Below are positions 1 through 12,738 of a DNA stretch of 64,000 nucleotides, piece after piece. The stretch's first letter is position 1. Every line of letters starts with the position of its first letter. Source of the DNA: Eledone cirrhosa (lineage: Eukaryota); assembly GCA_964016885.1 (NCBI GenBank), contig OZ024741.1, forward strand, positions 295,058,001 to 295,122,000, read 5' to 3'. The notes beneath the pieces are model-generated. The model worked only from the letters and a program-made list of their open reading frames with translations, did not search any database and was not told the origin of the DNA. Position numbers and translations under genes: made by a program.

Positions 1-300
<300 letters not shown>

Positions 301-337
301 ATATATAAGATCAAAAGATGGTTAAAAGAGTTCCATG

Positions 338-408
338 TATTTTATTATGCGCATTTCAAAAATAAATATCATCATACGATGACATTTGCGTTTTCGTCAG
401 ATAAAATA
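338..408 (-). ncRNA. Type I hammerhead ribozyme motif, mirror copy
   Basis: Reverse-complement copy of 536-606 in the left arm; core, stem I and stem III identical; one loop change and one C-A mismatch in stem II. Confidence 0.8.
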
Positions 409-535
409 GGGCGACATGATATGAAGGTTAAAAAACACTTGTGAATAGTGCAGTTTTAAATCAACATATGATCAATATGTTGATTTAAAACTGCACTATT
501 CACAAGTGTTTTTTAACCTTCATATCATGTCTCCC

Positions 536-606
536 TATTTTATCTGACGAAAACGCAAATGTCATCGCATGATGATATTTGTTTTTGAAATGCGCATAAT
601 AAAATA
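536..606 (+). ncRNA. Type I hammerhead ribozyme motif
   Basis: Stem I TATTTTAT (536-543)/ATAAAATA (599-606); core CTGACGA (544-550); stem II 551-586 with GCAT loop; GAAA (587-590); palindromic stem III TGCGCA; NUH = AUA, predicted cut after 598. Confidence 0.85.
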
Positions 607-734
607 CATGGAACTCTTTTAACCATCTTTTGATCTTATATATTATTTATACTCCAGTCCTACAAACTGTAGAGTGCTACTTATCCGATATCTGCATTGC
701 TTTATTGTACTACAATAAAACTCACCTCCTACAT

Positions 735-767
<33 letters not shown>

Positions 768-834
768 ATATATATATATATATTATATATATATATTATA
801 TAATATATATATATAATATATATATAATATATAT

Positions 835-1004
835 ACACTGTAAATGTGGTTGGTGTTAGGAAGGGCATCCAACTGTAGAAAACCTGCCAGACAGTCCTAT
901 GCGAGCAAGACAATCACTCTTGCCTCAAGTGGGACTACCCCCGTCCAAACCCATGCAAGCGTGGAACACGGACGTTAAACGTTGATGATGATGATGATGA
1001 TGAT
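835..1004 (+). mobile_element. RTE LINE 3'-terminal fragment (3'UTR type B) with (GAT)n tail
   Basis: Matches the 3' end of the RTE copy at 36836-38070 (ggttggtgttaggaagggc...ggacgttaaacg-(gat)n). Confidence 0.85.
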
Positions 1005-1127
1005 AATATATATATATATATAATATATATATATATTATATATATAATATATATATATATTATATATATATATATATAATATATATATATTATATATATA
1101 ATATATATATAATATATATATATATAT

Positions 1128-1171
<44 letters not shown>

Positions 1172-1243
1172 ATATATATATATATATATTATATATATAT
1201 ATATATAATATATATATATTATATATATATATTATATATATAT

Positions 1244-3038
1244 ATCATCATCATCATCATCACCGTTTTACGTCCGTTCTTCCACGCTAGCATGGGTTAG
1301 ACGGATTGTCCTGTTGTGGGCAGTGTCTGGTCGGCTGACCATGCCTTGCTCATACAGGAACTGATTTGGCTTGATTTCTACAGCTGGATGCCCTTCCTAA
1401 CACCAACCTCATTTACAGTGAGTGCTGGGTGCTTTTTCGTGGCGCCTACACATCCACTTTACAGTGTGGGCTGGGTGCTTTTTTGCCGTGGCACCTCCAT
1501 GACCACCTTGCGGTGGGGTGTGTGGGGGCATATTGTCTATATGCTTCAGCTTGTACCCATGGGAGGCCGGGTACTCTGTATTACTGCGTGACGCCAGAAG
1601 TCACGGTCGTGTATCATTGTCTTTGATAGGTGCGATTGGGTAAGGTCGGCTTTTATCACCTCATCCCAGGTCATCTTGGGTCTCCCCACTCCGCGGTTCC
1701 CATCAACTTCTAGTGCTCTGCACCTTTTTATGCAGCTGCCATCCTTCATATGCATCACATGTCCATACCAGCGCAACCGCCTCTCCTGCACACAACATTT
1801 GATTCCTCTTATGCTCAGTCTCTCTCTCAATTCATTTATGCTTTGTTGTTCACGTATATTACTGTTACACATCCATCGGAGCATACAGGCTTCGTTTCTC
1901 TCTAATCTACGTAAGTCTTCCACCTTCAGCGCCCAGGTCTCACTACCATGCAGCATTGCTGTTCGAATACACGCATCATACAGTCTGCCTTTCATTCTGA
2001 GGGAGAAGCCTTTTGCAGCTAGCAGTGGTAGTAGTTCCCTAAACTTCTTCCATCCCGTTCTTACCCTAGTTATTGTACTTTCTGAACACCACCTCCGCTG
2101 CTAATTCGGTCACCTAGGTAGCAGAAGCTGTCTACTGTTTCTACAGGGCCCTCCCAGAGATTGGTGGTACTTGTTTCCTGTCGCTGTTTGCTGCTTGCTG
2201 TATCAGCACAGCTGCTGCATGTGAATCCTACATTCTTAATTAAGCTTCCTGAGATCCCGCTACATCTCTTGTGTACCCATTGTTTGCATTTGGGGCAGAG
2301 AATGGAGTTCCTACCTACACCTTTCCTACATACTGAGCAAGGCCATTTCCCTGAGGGGATCTGGGTTCTGTTTTCTCGTCTACTTACAAGGACCTTAGTC
2401 TTTGTCATGTTGACTTTGAGACCCTATCTTTCCAGTCCCTGCTTCCAAGTTTGGAATTTATTCTCTAGTTCTACCATAGATTCAGCTATGAGTGCGAGGT
2501 TATCAGCATACAGGAGTTCCCATGGGCATCCGGTCTTAAACTCCTCCGTTATTGCCTGCAGGAATATGATGAACAGGAGAGGGCTAAGAACAGAGCCCTG
2601 GTGGACCCCAACCTGTACGCTAAATTCCTCGCTATACTCATTGCTAATCCTAACTTTGCTGACTGCTCCCCTATACATGGCTTGTACCGCTTTAACAAGC
2701 CATTCATCTACTCCTAGTTTTCTAAGAGCCCACCAGATTACAGAACGTGGAACTCTGTCAAAGGCGTTCTCAAGGTCGACAAATGCCAAGTAGAGTGGCT
2801 TACTTTTAGCTAGGTACTTTTCCTGTAATTGCCTCACAAGGAAGAGGGCATCAGTGGTGCCTCTCCCTGGTACAAACCCAAATTGCATCTCGTCTATTTT
2901 CACCCGGTCCCTAATCAACTGTGCTATAACTCTTTCTGTTACTTTCATGACCTGGTCCATCAACTTTATACCTCTATAGTTTCCTCTATCTAGTGCATCG
3001 CCTTTACCTTTGTAGCAGTTGACAATGATGCTACTGCA
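1244..3038 (-). mobile_element. 5'-truncated RTE-clade LINE (RT, PHD-like finger, C-terminal domain), disrupted
   Basis: ORFs 2424-2963 (QFGF..GRGTTDA, LAFVDLENAFD, GVHQGSVLSP, YADN), 2070-2408 and 1546-1995 ([16 protein letters not shown]); (CAT)n tail at 1244-1263. Confidence 0.95.
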
Positions 3039-3209
3039 TATATATATATATATATTATGCTACTGCATATATATATATATATATTATATATATATATATA
3101 TTATATATATATATTATATATTATATATATATATTATATATATGTATATATATATATATATATTATATATATATATATTATATATATATATATATAATAT
3201 ATATGTATA

Positions 3210-3270
3210 TAGGGTGGTGCCCCAGCATGGCCTCAGCCGGATGGCTGAAACAGGTAAAAGAGTAAAAGAG
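3210..3270 (+). mobile_element. 3' end of SINE family C
   Basis: ggtgccccagcatggcc...gctgaaacaggtaaaagagtaaaagag; related degraded minus-strand copies near 24160 and 32015. Confidence 0.55.
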
Positions 3271-3324
3271 TATATATATATATAATATATATGTATATAT
3301 ATATATATATATATAACATATATG

Positions 3325-3358
<34 letters not shown>

Positions 3359-3365
3359 ATATATG

Positions 3366-3411
<46 letters not shown>

Positions 3412-3481
3412 ATATATATGTATATATATATAATATATATGTATATATATATCATATATATATATATATATATATATAATA

Positions 3482-4637
3482 ATCATCATCATCATCATCA
3501 TCGTTTAACGTCCATCTTCCACGCTTGCATGGGTTTGGACGGGAGTTTTCCCACTTGAGGCAAGAGTGGTTGTCTTACTCACATAGGACTGTCTGGTGGG
3601 CTTTCTACGGTTGGATGCCCTTCCTAACACCAACCACATTTACAGTGTGGAACTGGGAGGTTTTTACCGTGTTACCTACACGGCCACATTACAGCGTGGA
3701 CTGTGTGTTTTTGTGTCGTGACACCTACACGACCTCATTTGTTTCGGCCTGGATGTTCTGGTACCAACATAACTTTACATTGAAAGGGGTGGTGTGGATG
3801 GGGTGGGGGTAGTAGGACGGGGGTGTATTTTGTTAGAGGCGCTGTAATGTGGCCGTGTAGGCAACACGGTAAAAACCTCCCAGCCCCACACTGTAAATGT
3901 GGTTGGTGTTAGGAAGGGCATCCAACTGTAGAAAACCTGCCAGACAGTCCTATGCGAGCAAGACAATCACTCTTGCCTCAAGTGGGACTACCCCCGTCCA
4001 AACCCATGCAAGCGTGGAACACGGACGTTAAACGGTGATGATGATGATGATGATGATGATGTGCCTACTGACTGTAGTAGGTTTTACTTTGTATTTAGGT
4101 AAGGCGGGTCTTCTCTATTACTGTGTAGCGCCAAAGATCCCGGTCCAGTGACATTGTCTTGGAGAGGTGTAAGTGTGTGAGGTCGGAATTTATTAAGTCA
4201 TCCCAGGTTTTTCTGGGTCTGCCTACTCCGTGGCTACCCCCTACTTTTATTGCCCTGCACTTTTTTATACAGCTGTCGTGTTTCATTTGCATCACGTGAC
4301 CATACCAACGTAGCCTTCTCAACATCTGATCCCTCTTATTTCTAATTTTTCCCTTAGTTCGTTTATGCTTTGCCGTTCACGTATATTATTATTACACATC
4401 CAGTGGAGCATGCAAGCTTCGTTCCTCTCTAGTCTGCGTATATCCTCTGCACACAATGCTCAGGCCTCACTGCCATGCAACATTGTTGTTCGTATGCAGG
4501 CATCATACAACCTGCCTTTCATTTTTAGGGAGAACCCTTTAGCGGCTAATAGTGGTATAAGCTCTCTGAACTTTTTCCACCCAGTTCTGACTCTAGCGAC
4601 TGTACTTTCAGAGCACCCTCCCCCACTGCTGATTTTG

Positions 4638-4641
<4 letters not shown>
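3482..4641 (-). mobile_element. 5'-truncated RTE LINE (type B) split by an inverted copy of its own 3' end
   Basis: 3482-3840 and 4061-4641 are colinear with the reverse complement of the 36836-38070 copy; ORFs 4095-4325 and 4460-4735 are RTE C-terminal sequence. Confidence 0.9.
3841..4060 (+). mobile_element. RTE type-B 3' fragment inserted antisense into a same-family copy
   Basis: gctgtaatgtggccgtgtagg...(gat)n interrupts the host sequence tgttagagg/gtgcctactg. Confidence 0.85.
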
Positions 4642-4675
<34 letters not shown>

Positions 4676-5287
4676 AACACACAACACACACAACACACAA
4701 CACACAACACAACACACACACATCAGCTGCTGCACTCATTTGATCCTAGATCCTAGTTTTTCTCATTTCACTACTACAATGTTACTTTACCTTCTTTTTG
4801 CCATAATTACAATTAGCACGCTTTTCTCTTTGCATGTATGTATATTTTTGTATGAGTGTATATTGATGTGTATGTATGTGTCTATGTACACATATATGTG
4901 TATATATATTTATATATATATATGTGTGTGTGTGTGCGTAGATATATGCGTATATTAATTCGTTAACCTCTGTATTAACTCTACAACTATTGAGCTTTGA
5001 CAGTGGTCCCACTCATGTATACTGTTGAAGATGAAGAGGAAGACTGTAAAAACTAGCTTATCTTTATAATTTAAAATTGATACACACTACGATACTTTTT
5101 GCCTTATGACAGCTGGTTTTCACGCCGTAACATTAGATACATTATATACCCCCCACCTAAGTAATGTCAGGGTCTCCTTAAATAGTTTATTTATAGCATT
5201 GTTGTAATTGTTGTTATTGTTCTAATTGAATGCCATAACTACTCCATATTTTCTTTTCTTTTCTTGCCTGTGTATTTTCTTCATTCT

Positions 5288-5404
5288 CGCATGCTCCGAA
5301 GATCTGACTGGTTATAATTCTGTATTGGCGATCGAGTGACGCAAAATTAGGCGGATAGCGATCTCTAGACATACCAGTTCAGTGAAACAAATGTAAGCTA
5401 TGTG
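5288..5404 (+). ncRNA. Hammerhead-like motif with variant core CCGAAGA and long stem II
   Basis: Stem I CGCATGCT/AGCTATGTG; CCGAAGA at 5296-5302; stem II base ctgactggt...accagttcag; GAAA at 5384-5387; ACAAATGT stem III; NUH = GUA. Confidence 0.55.
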
Positions 5405-5453
5405 ATTAAAAACTTTTTTGTATAGCAAACCATGTAAACCTTCTTTCCTGATT

Positions 5454-5480
<27 letters not shown>

Positions 5481-5485
<5 letters not shown>

Positions 5486-5812
5486 TGGCTTAGTGGTTAG
5501 AGCATTGGGCTTTGCAATCGAAAGGTTGTGAGTTCAATTCTCAGACCGGGTGATGTGTTGTTTCCTTGAACAAGACACTTTATTTCACATTGTTCCAGTT
5601 TACTCAGCTGTAGAAATGAGATGATGGGGACTGGGGTCCATATCATTCCACTGCAAAGTGGTCATGGCGGTGCCCCACGGCAAAAAAGCACACAGCACTC
5701 ACTGTAAATGAGGTTGGTGTTAGGAAGGGCATCCAGCTGTAGAAATCAAGCCAGAACCAGTTCCTGTCCCACCCTTGCAAGCAGGGAAAAAGCGGACGTA
5801 AAATGAAAAATG
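5481..5812 (+). mobile_element. tRNA-derived SINE family A (CORE-like body, RTE-derived tail)
   Basis: A-box TGGCTTAGTGG, B-box GAGTTCAATTC, tccttgaacaagacact core-like segment; near-identical copies at 11453 and 36103. Confidence 0.9.
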
Positions 5813-5817
5813 ATATA

Positions 5818-6050
5818 ATCATCATCATTTTACGTCCATTTCTCCACGCTTGGATGGGTTTTAGGAGTTGTCCCATTGTGGACAATGTTAGGTCAGGTGA
5901 CCATGTCTTGCTCATACAGGCCTGATCTTGGCTAGGTTTCTACAGCTGGATGCCCTTCCTAACGCCAACCTCATTCACATGAGTACTAGGTGCATTTTGT
6001 CATGACACCTACACGATCACTTTACAGTGTGGGCTGGCTGCTTTTTACCA
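5818..6050 (-). mobile_element. RTE 3'UTR fragment (type A), tail-to-tail with the SINE
   Basis: Similar to 1260-1500. Confidence 0.75.
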
Positions 6051-6118
6051 TTATATATATATATAACTTTGATAACTTTTGGTCAGTGTTGGCCCAGCCA
6101 TGTTAATTTAAAAGCATC

Positions 6119-6157
<39 letters not shown>

Positions 6158-6158
<1 letters not shown>

Positions 6159-6588
6159 CATTGCTGTAGTGGAGTCTGTGCTGCTGTATGGGTCTGAGAC
6201 TTGGACACTGACCAAGAAACTCACTCAGATGGTGGATGGGTGCTACACGGGAATGCTGAGGATGGCTCTGAACATTAATCAGTATACACTGAGGATGAAA
6301 AACTCAGAGCTGTATGGGAGCATCCCAAAAGTCAGCTCAAAAGTGACACAGAGGAGACTGAGGTTGGCTGGACATGCTCACCGACATCCAGAGTTGACAT
6401 TGCACTCAGTGCTCCTGTGGGAGCCCCTACATGGACACACTAGAAGAGGAAGACCAAGTTTAACGTATGTTGATGCCCTAAGGACAGACACTGGTCTGTT
6501 GGAGATGCAGGACATGGCAGCGATAATGAGGGACAGAGACCGCTGGAGAGAACTCATCCATGGATCTCAGGAATTTTACCCACCTTAG
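6158..6588 (+). mobile_element. 3' fragment of a second, divergent RTE-like LINE family
   Basis: VESVLLYGSETWTLTK...MLRMALNI...RRLRLAGH...RGRP...DRDRWR motif string. Confidence 0.85.
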
Positions 6589-8050
6589 AGATATATATAT
6601 ATATACATACTCTCACTATCATCATCATTATCATTTAATATCCATTTTCCCAGTACAAGTAAGAAAATAATGTACTCAATACAAACAAGCACTATTGTAA
6701 ATGCATACAAGAAATAATTTAAAACAGTACAAAGAGAATTATTTGGGATTCTATCCTTGTGACCACTTGTGCCGTCAGGCAGTCTCTTTAGGCTCTGTTC
6801 ATTTTGTTTGTCTATCAGTAAACTTCCTGCTCATTCTCTATAACATTCTTCTCACCATTCCCAACAGTCACCTTCTGCAGTATTATGTCAGTTTTTAGTC
6901 TGACACACAGTTTATATAGGATCACCAACAAGAACATCAAAATCACCTATGCCACTTGAAACCATGTTGTTGTGAAGCAAAACCATGCCTTGTTTTTTTT
7001 CATAGTGACTATATTATCTAAGAGCAATGGTTCATACCCAATCTATACCAATACAATTAGTGTCTATTAGAAAAGTGAGAAATATTTTATTGGTTTAACT
7101 ATTCAAACCCTGAGTAATTGTTAACAAAGGTCTCTGTGACCTTTTTATCTCAGAGTAAATGTCACTTATGTTACTGACCAATCCCTTGAAAACTAAAAAT
7201 AAATTGATACCTATTCCATTATAAAACTCCCTGATGCTTAATGATAAACAGAGGAATGGTAAAAAAATATATACATATATATTAGGTCTGAACATAATGG
7301 AATCAAATTCCCATTGTTACTGCCTCGTCTCTCTCACTCTATTGTAAATGTATTGAAATTCTCATCTTAGGATTAATGAAATACATTTACCCAATCTCTT
7401 GCCAACAATTATGTTGCTTCCACTATCCAACTTTCCTCATTATTCTATCACTCTGTTCTCCCCCTTCACACTCTTTCCCTTTGGTTGTTGTCTAACACAG
7501 CTCTGAAACCTTGACACTCTCCCAATTGCTCAAGCCCCCTTCTACCTGGCCCTGCCCCCCATATTGCTCAACCTCCCTCCTACTTCCTTCCCAGTAGTCA
7601 TGAAGTTCCTCAAAAATCTCCTTCCCTCCTTTACTAATCAATGAAAATAATTTATTAGAAATCATTATTATTATAAATAAAGTACCAGTAATGCACTGGG
7701 GTTGATTTAATTGACTTTTTCCTCCCCCAAAATTGTTTGGCTTTGTGCCTAAATCAGAAAGCATTATCATTATAGGAAAAGAGGAGTGGGGTTGTGGGGG
7801 TAAAATGCCTTATGTCATTTAATTTTATGCTGTAAGATCAAATCCTGCTGAAGTGAACATTACCTTTTATCTTTCCAGTCACATGCTGTGGTCAATATAC
7901 TCAACTTTCATCTCTCTTCAAATTGTTAGTCTTGAGCCTAAATTAGAAACCATGTTGACTTTGCCTTTCATCCTTACGGAGTCGATAAAATAAAGTACCA
8001 GTAATGAACTGGGTAATTGCTGGCCTTGTGCCTAAAGTAGAAACAATTAT

Positions 8051-8241
8051 TGTGGATTGGCAGTATCGGTAGAGGGTCGAACGTCATGCTTTGACGCAAA
8101 GAGTTACGGCCCTTTCCATTCTGAGTTCAAATCCCGCCGAGGTCAACTTTGCCTTTCATCCTTACGGGGTCGATAAAATAAAGTACCAGTAATGTACTCG
8201 GTAATTGCTGGCCTTGTGCCAAAAAGTAGAAACAATTATTA
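8051..8241 (+). mobile_element. tRNA-derived SINE family B, preceded by a partial tandem copy at about 7955-8050
   Basis: TGGCAGTATCGG A-box, GAGTTCAAATCCC B-box, ctttgcctttcatccttacggggtcgataaaataaagtacc central domain. Confidence 0.88.
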
Positions 8242-9537
8242 CTAATAATGAACAAAACAGCATGTAAAGACGCACACACATATACATCACACACACACAC
8301 ACACATGCTTGTACACATGCTTGCACACATACCTACATCAAACACAAACTTGCGCACATACCTACAACACAAACACACACATATATATTTAACACATACC
8401 CACACATGCACATCAAGAGTTAATATGGATCAATATTTTAAAACAGAGGGCAACTTAAATCTAACTGGGAGAAAAATGCAAATGTTGAGAGAGAGTGAGA
8501 GTGTGGTTTTGTGTGTTAGAGAGAAAGAGAGAGTCAGTGGGTGAAACACAGTGTGTATGCTTGAGAGAGAGAGGTGGGGAGATTTCCTTTCTAAATTAAT
8601 AAACTATGTAATGCTTTAATTCTATAACTGGTAAAGAAAACAAAGTAGAAAATATTATTTTATTATCATTATTATTATTTTTAAAAAAACACTGACAAGA
8701 TTTATTCATATTCATAAACAATGTACAATGTGTGCATATGTATATATATATGTGTGTGTGGTGTTTATATATATGTATATATATATATATATGTGTGTGT
8801 GGTGTTTATATATATGTATATATATATATATGTGTGTATATATATGTATATATATGTATATGTGTGTATATATGTATATATAAATATATATGTATGTATA
8901 TTTATAATATATATACTCGTATATAGTACATGCTTTTGATTGCTTGCAATAGAAAAATCATTCAAAGATGGCTTGTCTGAATAATATCATATTATATATT
9001 ATATATTGTTATAGTAGTTATTTTTGTTTTGTAAGTGTGACTTCTCTTAAAACTATAGTTCCTGTGCTTTATGTTGTTATTGTTATCATCATCATCATTA
9101 TCATTGTTGTTTATGTTTTTGCTGTTGCTGTCGTCATTATTAGCATTATTATGATTTGTATTGTTTTTTTTCTATTATCAGTTGTATTAGTACTATTTCT
9201 ACTACTAATATATATTCTTCTGTAGGAATATTATTTCATGCTGACTGTTTTTTAATTCCAAAGTAGTTATTTTTATTTATTTATTTTTATTAGCATTTTT
9301 TTTTTTTTTTACTTTACTTTTAAAACTGCTGGAAAAGACAAATAAAAAATATACATAAATATATAAATAGGTAGGCAGATTAAATAAAAACAACAGACAA
9401 GTGATGAGCAAGTAAAAAAAGATAGAGAGAGATATATAGATGCTGTTAATCTTACTGTGAATATGTATTTACTGATGTTAAGATTAATCTAAGTGGCAAA
9501 TAGAGAGAAAGAGGGTTAGATAACATTAAGAGCATGT

Positions 9538-9603
<66 letters not shown>

Positions 9604-9907
9604 GTGTGTGTGTGTGAGACAGAGAGAGTGTGTGTGTGTGAGACAGAAAGAAAGAGTGGGATATATACATAGAGAGAAAGGGGAAAGCGAGCATGTGTGT
9701 GAGAGTATGAGATATATATGTGAGACACATAGAAAGAGAGAGAGAAATAAAATTAACATGCTGAGGACTAAGAGGATGATCAAATATATAAAACAAAATA
9801 GATTTCAATAAAATAAAAATTGCAAAACAAAAGATCATTAAATAGCAGTTGTCTTTTTATCGTAGTTTTTTTTAGACTATTTTCAATTTGCAAGTAGAAT
9901 ATATATG

Positions 9908-9941
<34 letters not shown>

Positions 9942-10804
9942 GATATAAATAAAGTAGATACACTATCCAGATTCATTTATGTTCTCGCTCTTCTTTCTGG
10001 ACAACCCTTCTATCCAGACTCACAACAATGTTCTATCTAACCTCTTAATTATAATCTTATCTCATTTCATCTGGAGTTATGATATTATAATCTGTTCTTA
10101 TATCTTTTGACCTGAACTTCAAATTCAGACATGCTTATATTCTCATTATTCCTGGATAATCTTAAAACTTGGACTCCCTTATATATGGATTCACAATAAG
10201 GACTAAACTCTTTTATTATTAACTTTTATTTCATCAGGCCTGAACTTTAAACTAAGACATTAATGTTCAATCTTAAAACTTGGACTCTTGTGTAAGGGGT
10301 AAGGACTAAATTCCCATTGTAAGGGGTAAGGACTAAACTCTTGATTACTGTTCTTATCTCATATGCCTTGAACTTATTAATATAATCTGGATTTCTTTGC
10401 CTTATCGTCTCTCTCGCTCTCTTTATCCTAAGTTCTACTTCAAATCCAGACAGACTTATTTGTCTGTTGATCACTTTAAATCAACTTTAAGATTCAGACT
10501 GGCTTACTTTTTGTATCTTCTGGCAACCAAAAGTGACGACGGTATGCACACAAATGTGCAAACACATGTTGCAGTTGAATCTGCTTGCAAAAAATACGGT
10601 ATTTTATATCAATTTATATATATTTTAACATTTACCAGTTGTTTTTTTTTAATATTATGAAGTTGCTAAATTAGTTTTTATATGTTTTGTATTTAACCAG
10701 CAATGTTTTGTGTTTTTTTTTTTACATTTGTTTTTTGCTTCATATTGATGTGTAAAATATATGTGGTGGGTTCTGTTATTAGTATCTATAATACACATTT
10801 ATAA

Positions 10805-10994
10805 ATAATTGTTTCTACTTTTGGCACAAGGCCAACAATTACCCAGTGCATTACTGGTACTTTATTTTATCGACCCCGTAAGGATGAAAGGCAAAGTTAA
10901 CCTTGGCAGGATTTGAACTCAGACCATAAAGGACCGTAACTCTATGCTGCAGAGCATGGTGTCCGACTCTCTACCAATCCACTGCCAATCCACA
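10805..10994 (-). mobile_element. SINE family B
   Basis: Reverse complement of the 43372-43564 copy; flanked by the direct repeat cacatttata/cacatttatt. Confidence 0.88.
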
Positions 10995-11021
10995 TTTATT
11001 AATAATGTGTGTGTATTTGCT

Positions 11022-11054
<33 letters not shown>

Positions 11055-11185
11055 TATTCATGTGTAATGTTTAGTTACACAGTTTGAGCACCCAATGTCA
11101 ATATAGGTTCGGTTGCCGATGTGGTATTCTATATTGAGTATTACACTGTGGTTGGTACCCGTAAGAAGCAAAATATTTATAGTGT

Positions 11186-11780
<595 letters not shown>

Positions 11781-12197
11781 TATATATGTGTATATATATA
11801 TGTCTGTATATATATATCTACATACATATATATGAATGTAAGTATGTATATATATATATATATATATGCATGTATGTGTGTGTGTTTATATATATATGTG
11901 TGTGTATATAATTTTAAATAATTTTAGATGTTTTTAGTTAAAAAATGAAGAAGTTAAGAGGTAAAGGACTCGATTCCTACTAATTAATCAATTGTGTTTG
12001 TGTATTTCATGGTGTAAAACAATGGTTAAAATAACACACACACATTTTGTTGTACTGAACAGGAAAAAATATTGAGTAAATATTATTCATATATATATGT
12101 TTATTGTTTGTACTTTTGGGGTTGTGTCTTTATAACATTCTAGTTGGGAATGGAATTATAATTTTAAAAATGTGTAAATATAAACACACACACACAC

Positions 12198-12430
12198 ATC
12201 ATCATCATCATCATCATCATCGTTTAACGTCCATCTTCCACGCTTGCATGGGTTTGGACGGGAGTTTTCCCACTTGAGGCAAGATTGACTGTCTGGCGGG
12301 TTTTCTACGGCTGGATGCCCTTCCTAACACCAACCATGTTTACAGTGTGGACTGGAAGGTTTTTACCATGTTACCTACACGGCCACATTACAGCGTGGAC
12401 TGTTGTTTTTTTTTCGTGACACCTACACGA
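12198..12430 (-). mobile_element. RTE type-B 3'UTR fragment
   Basis: Matches 3482-3730. Confidence 0.85.
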
Positions 12431-12570
12431 CATATATTTGTATATATATATGTATGTGTGTGTGTGTGTGTGAGAACAGCCTGTTGACTTAAGAATCAAG
12501 GAGAAATTATTTAATTTGAAATGTAATCGGCACAACACAAATGTCTTTTTCCGACTCCAGAGGTACTTTA

Positions 12571-12738
12571 TCGTATTTCTCAGCGCCGAAGACGCTTCGT
12601 CCTCGAGGAAGCACCCTAATTTTGACAACCAAAAATTTGAAAAGAAATAATAAACAACCTTCAGCCTCCAGGATGCATGGTAGATTTTTGAGACGTATTT
12701 TAGGAAAAAAGTAGTGTCTTCGACGCCAGGAAATATGG
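12571..12738. mobile_element. Tc1/pogo-type MITE
   Basis: Imperfect ~25-bp TIRs TCGTATTTCTCAGCGCCGAAGACGC / GTGTCTTCGACGCCAGGAAATATGG; TA on both sides. Confidence 0.75.

Larger units (their letters stand above)
298..646. repeat. Near-perfect inverted repeat, 172-bp arms with 5-nt spacer; probable inverted pseudo-LTR of a Penelope-like element
   Basis: Arm 298-469 is the reverse complement of 475-646 with 3 mismatches found by eye; spacer GATCA at 470-474; sits in (TA)n; the Penelope link is inferred from the hammerhead content. Confidence 0.9.

Noticed and set aside
1676-2793. Plus-strand ORFs of 142 and 210 aa
   Set aside because: Antisense shadows of the RTE ORF; the same shadows appear opposite other RTE copies
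5481-5550. tRNA genes at SINE heads
   Set aside because: A and B boxes run into SINE bodies in multiple copies; no complete acceptor stem
8690-9900. 3'UTR with AATAAA on the minus strand
   Set aside because: Composition is suggestive only; no terminal coding exon identified
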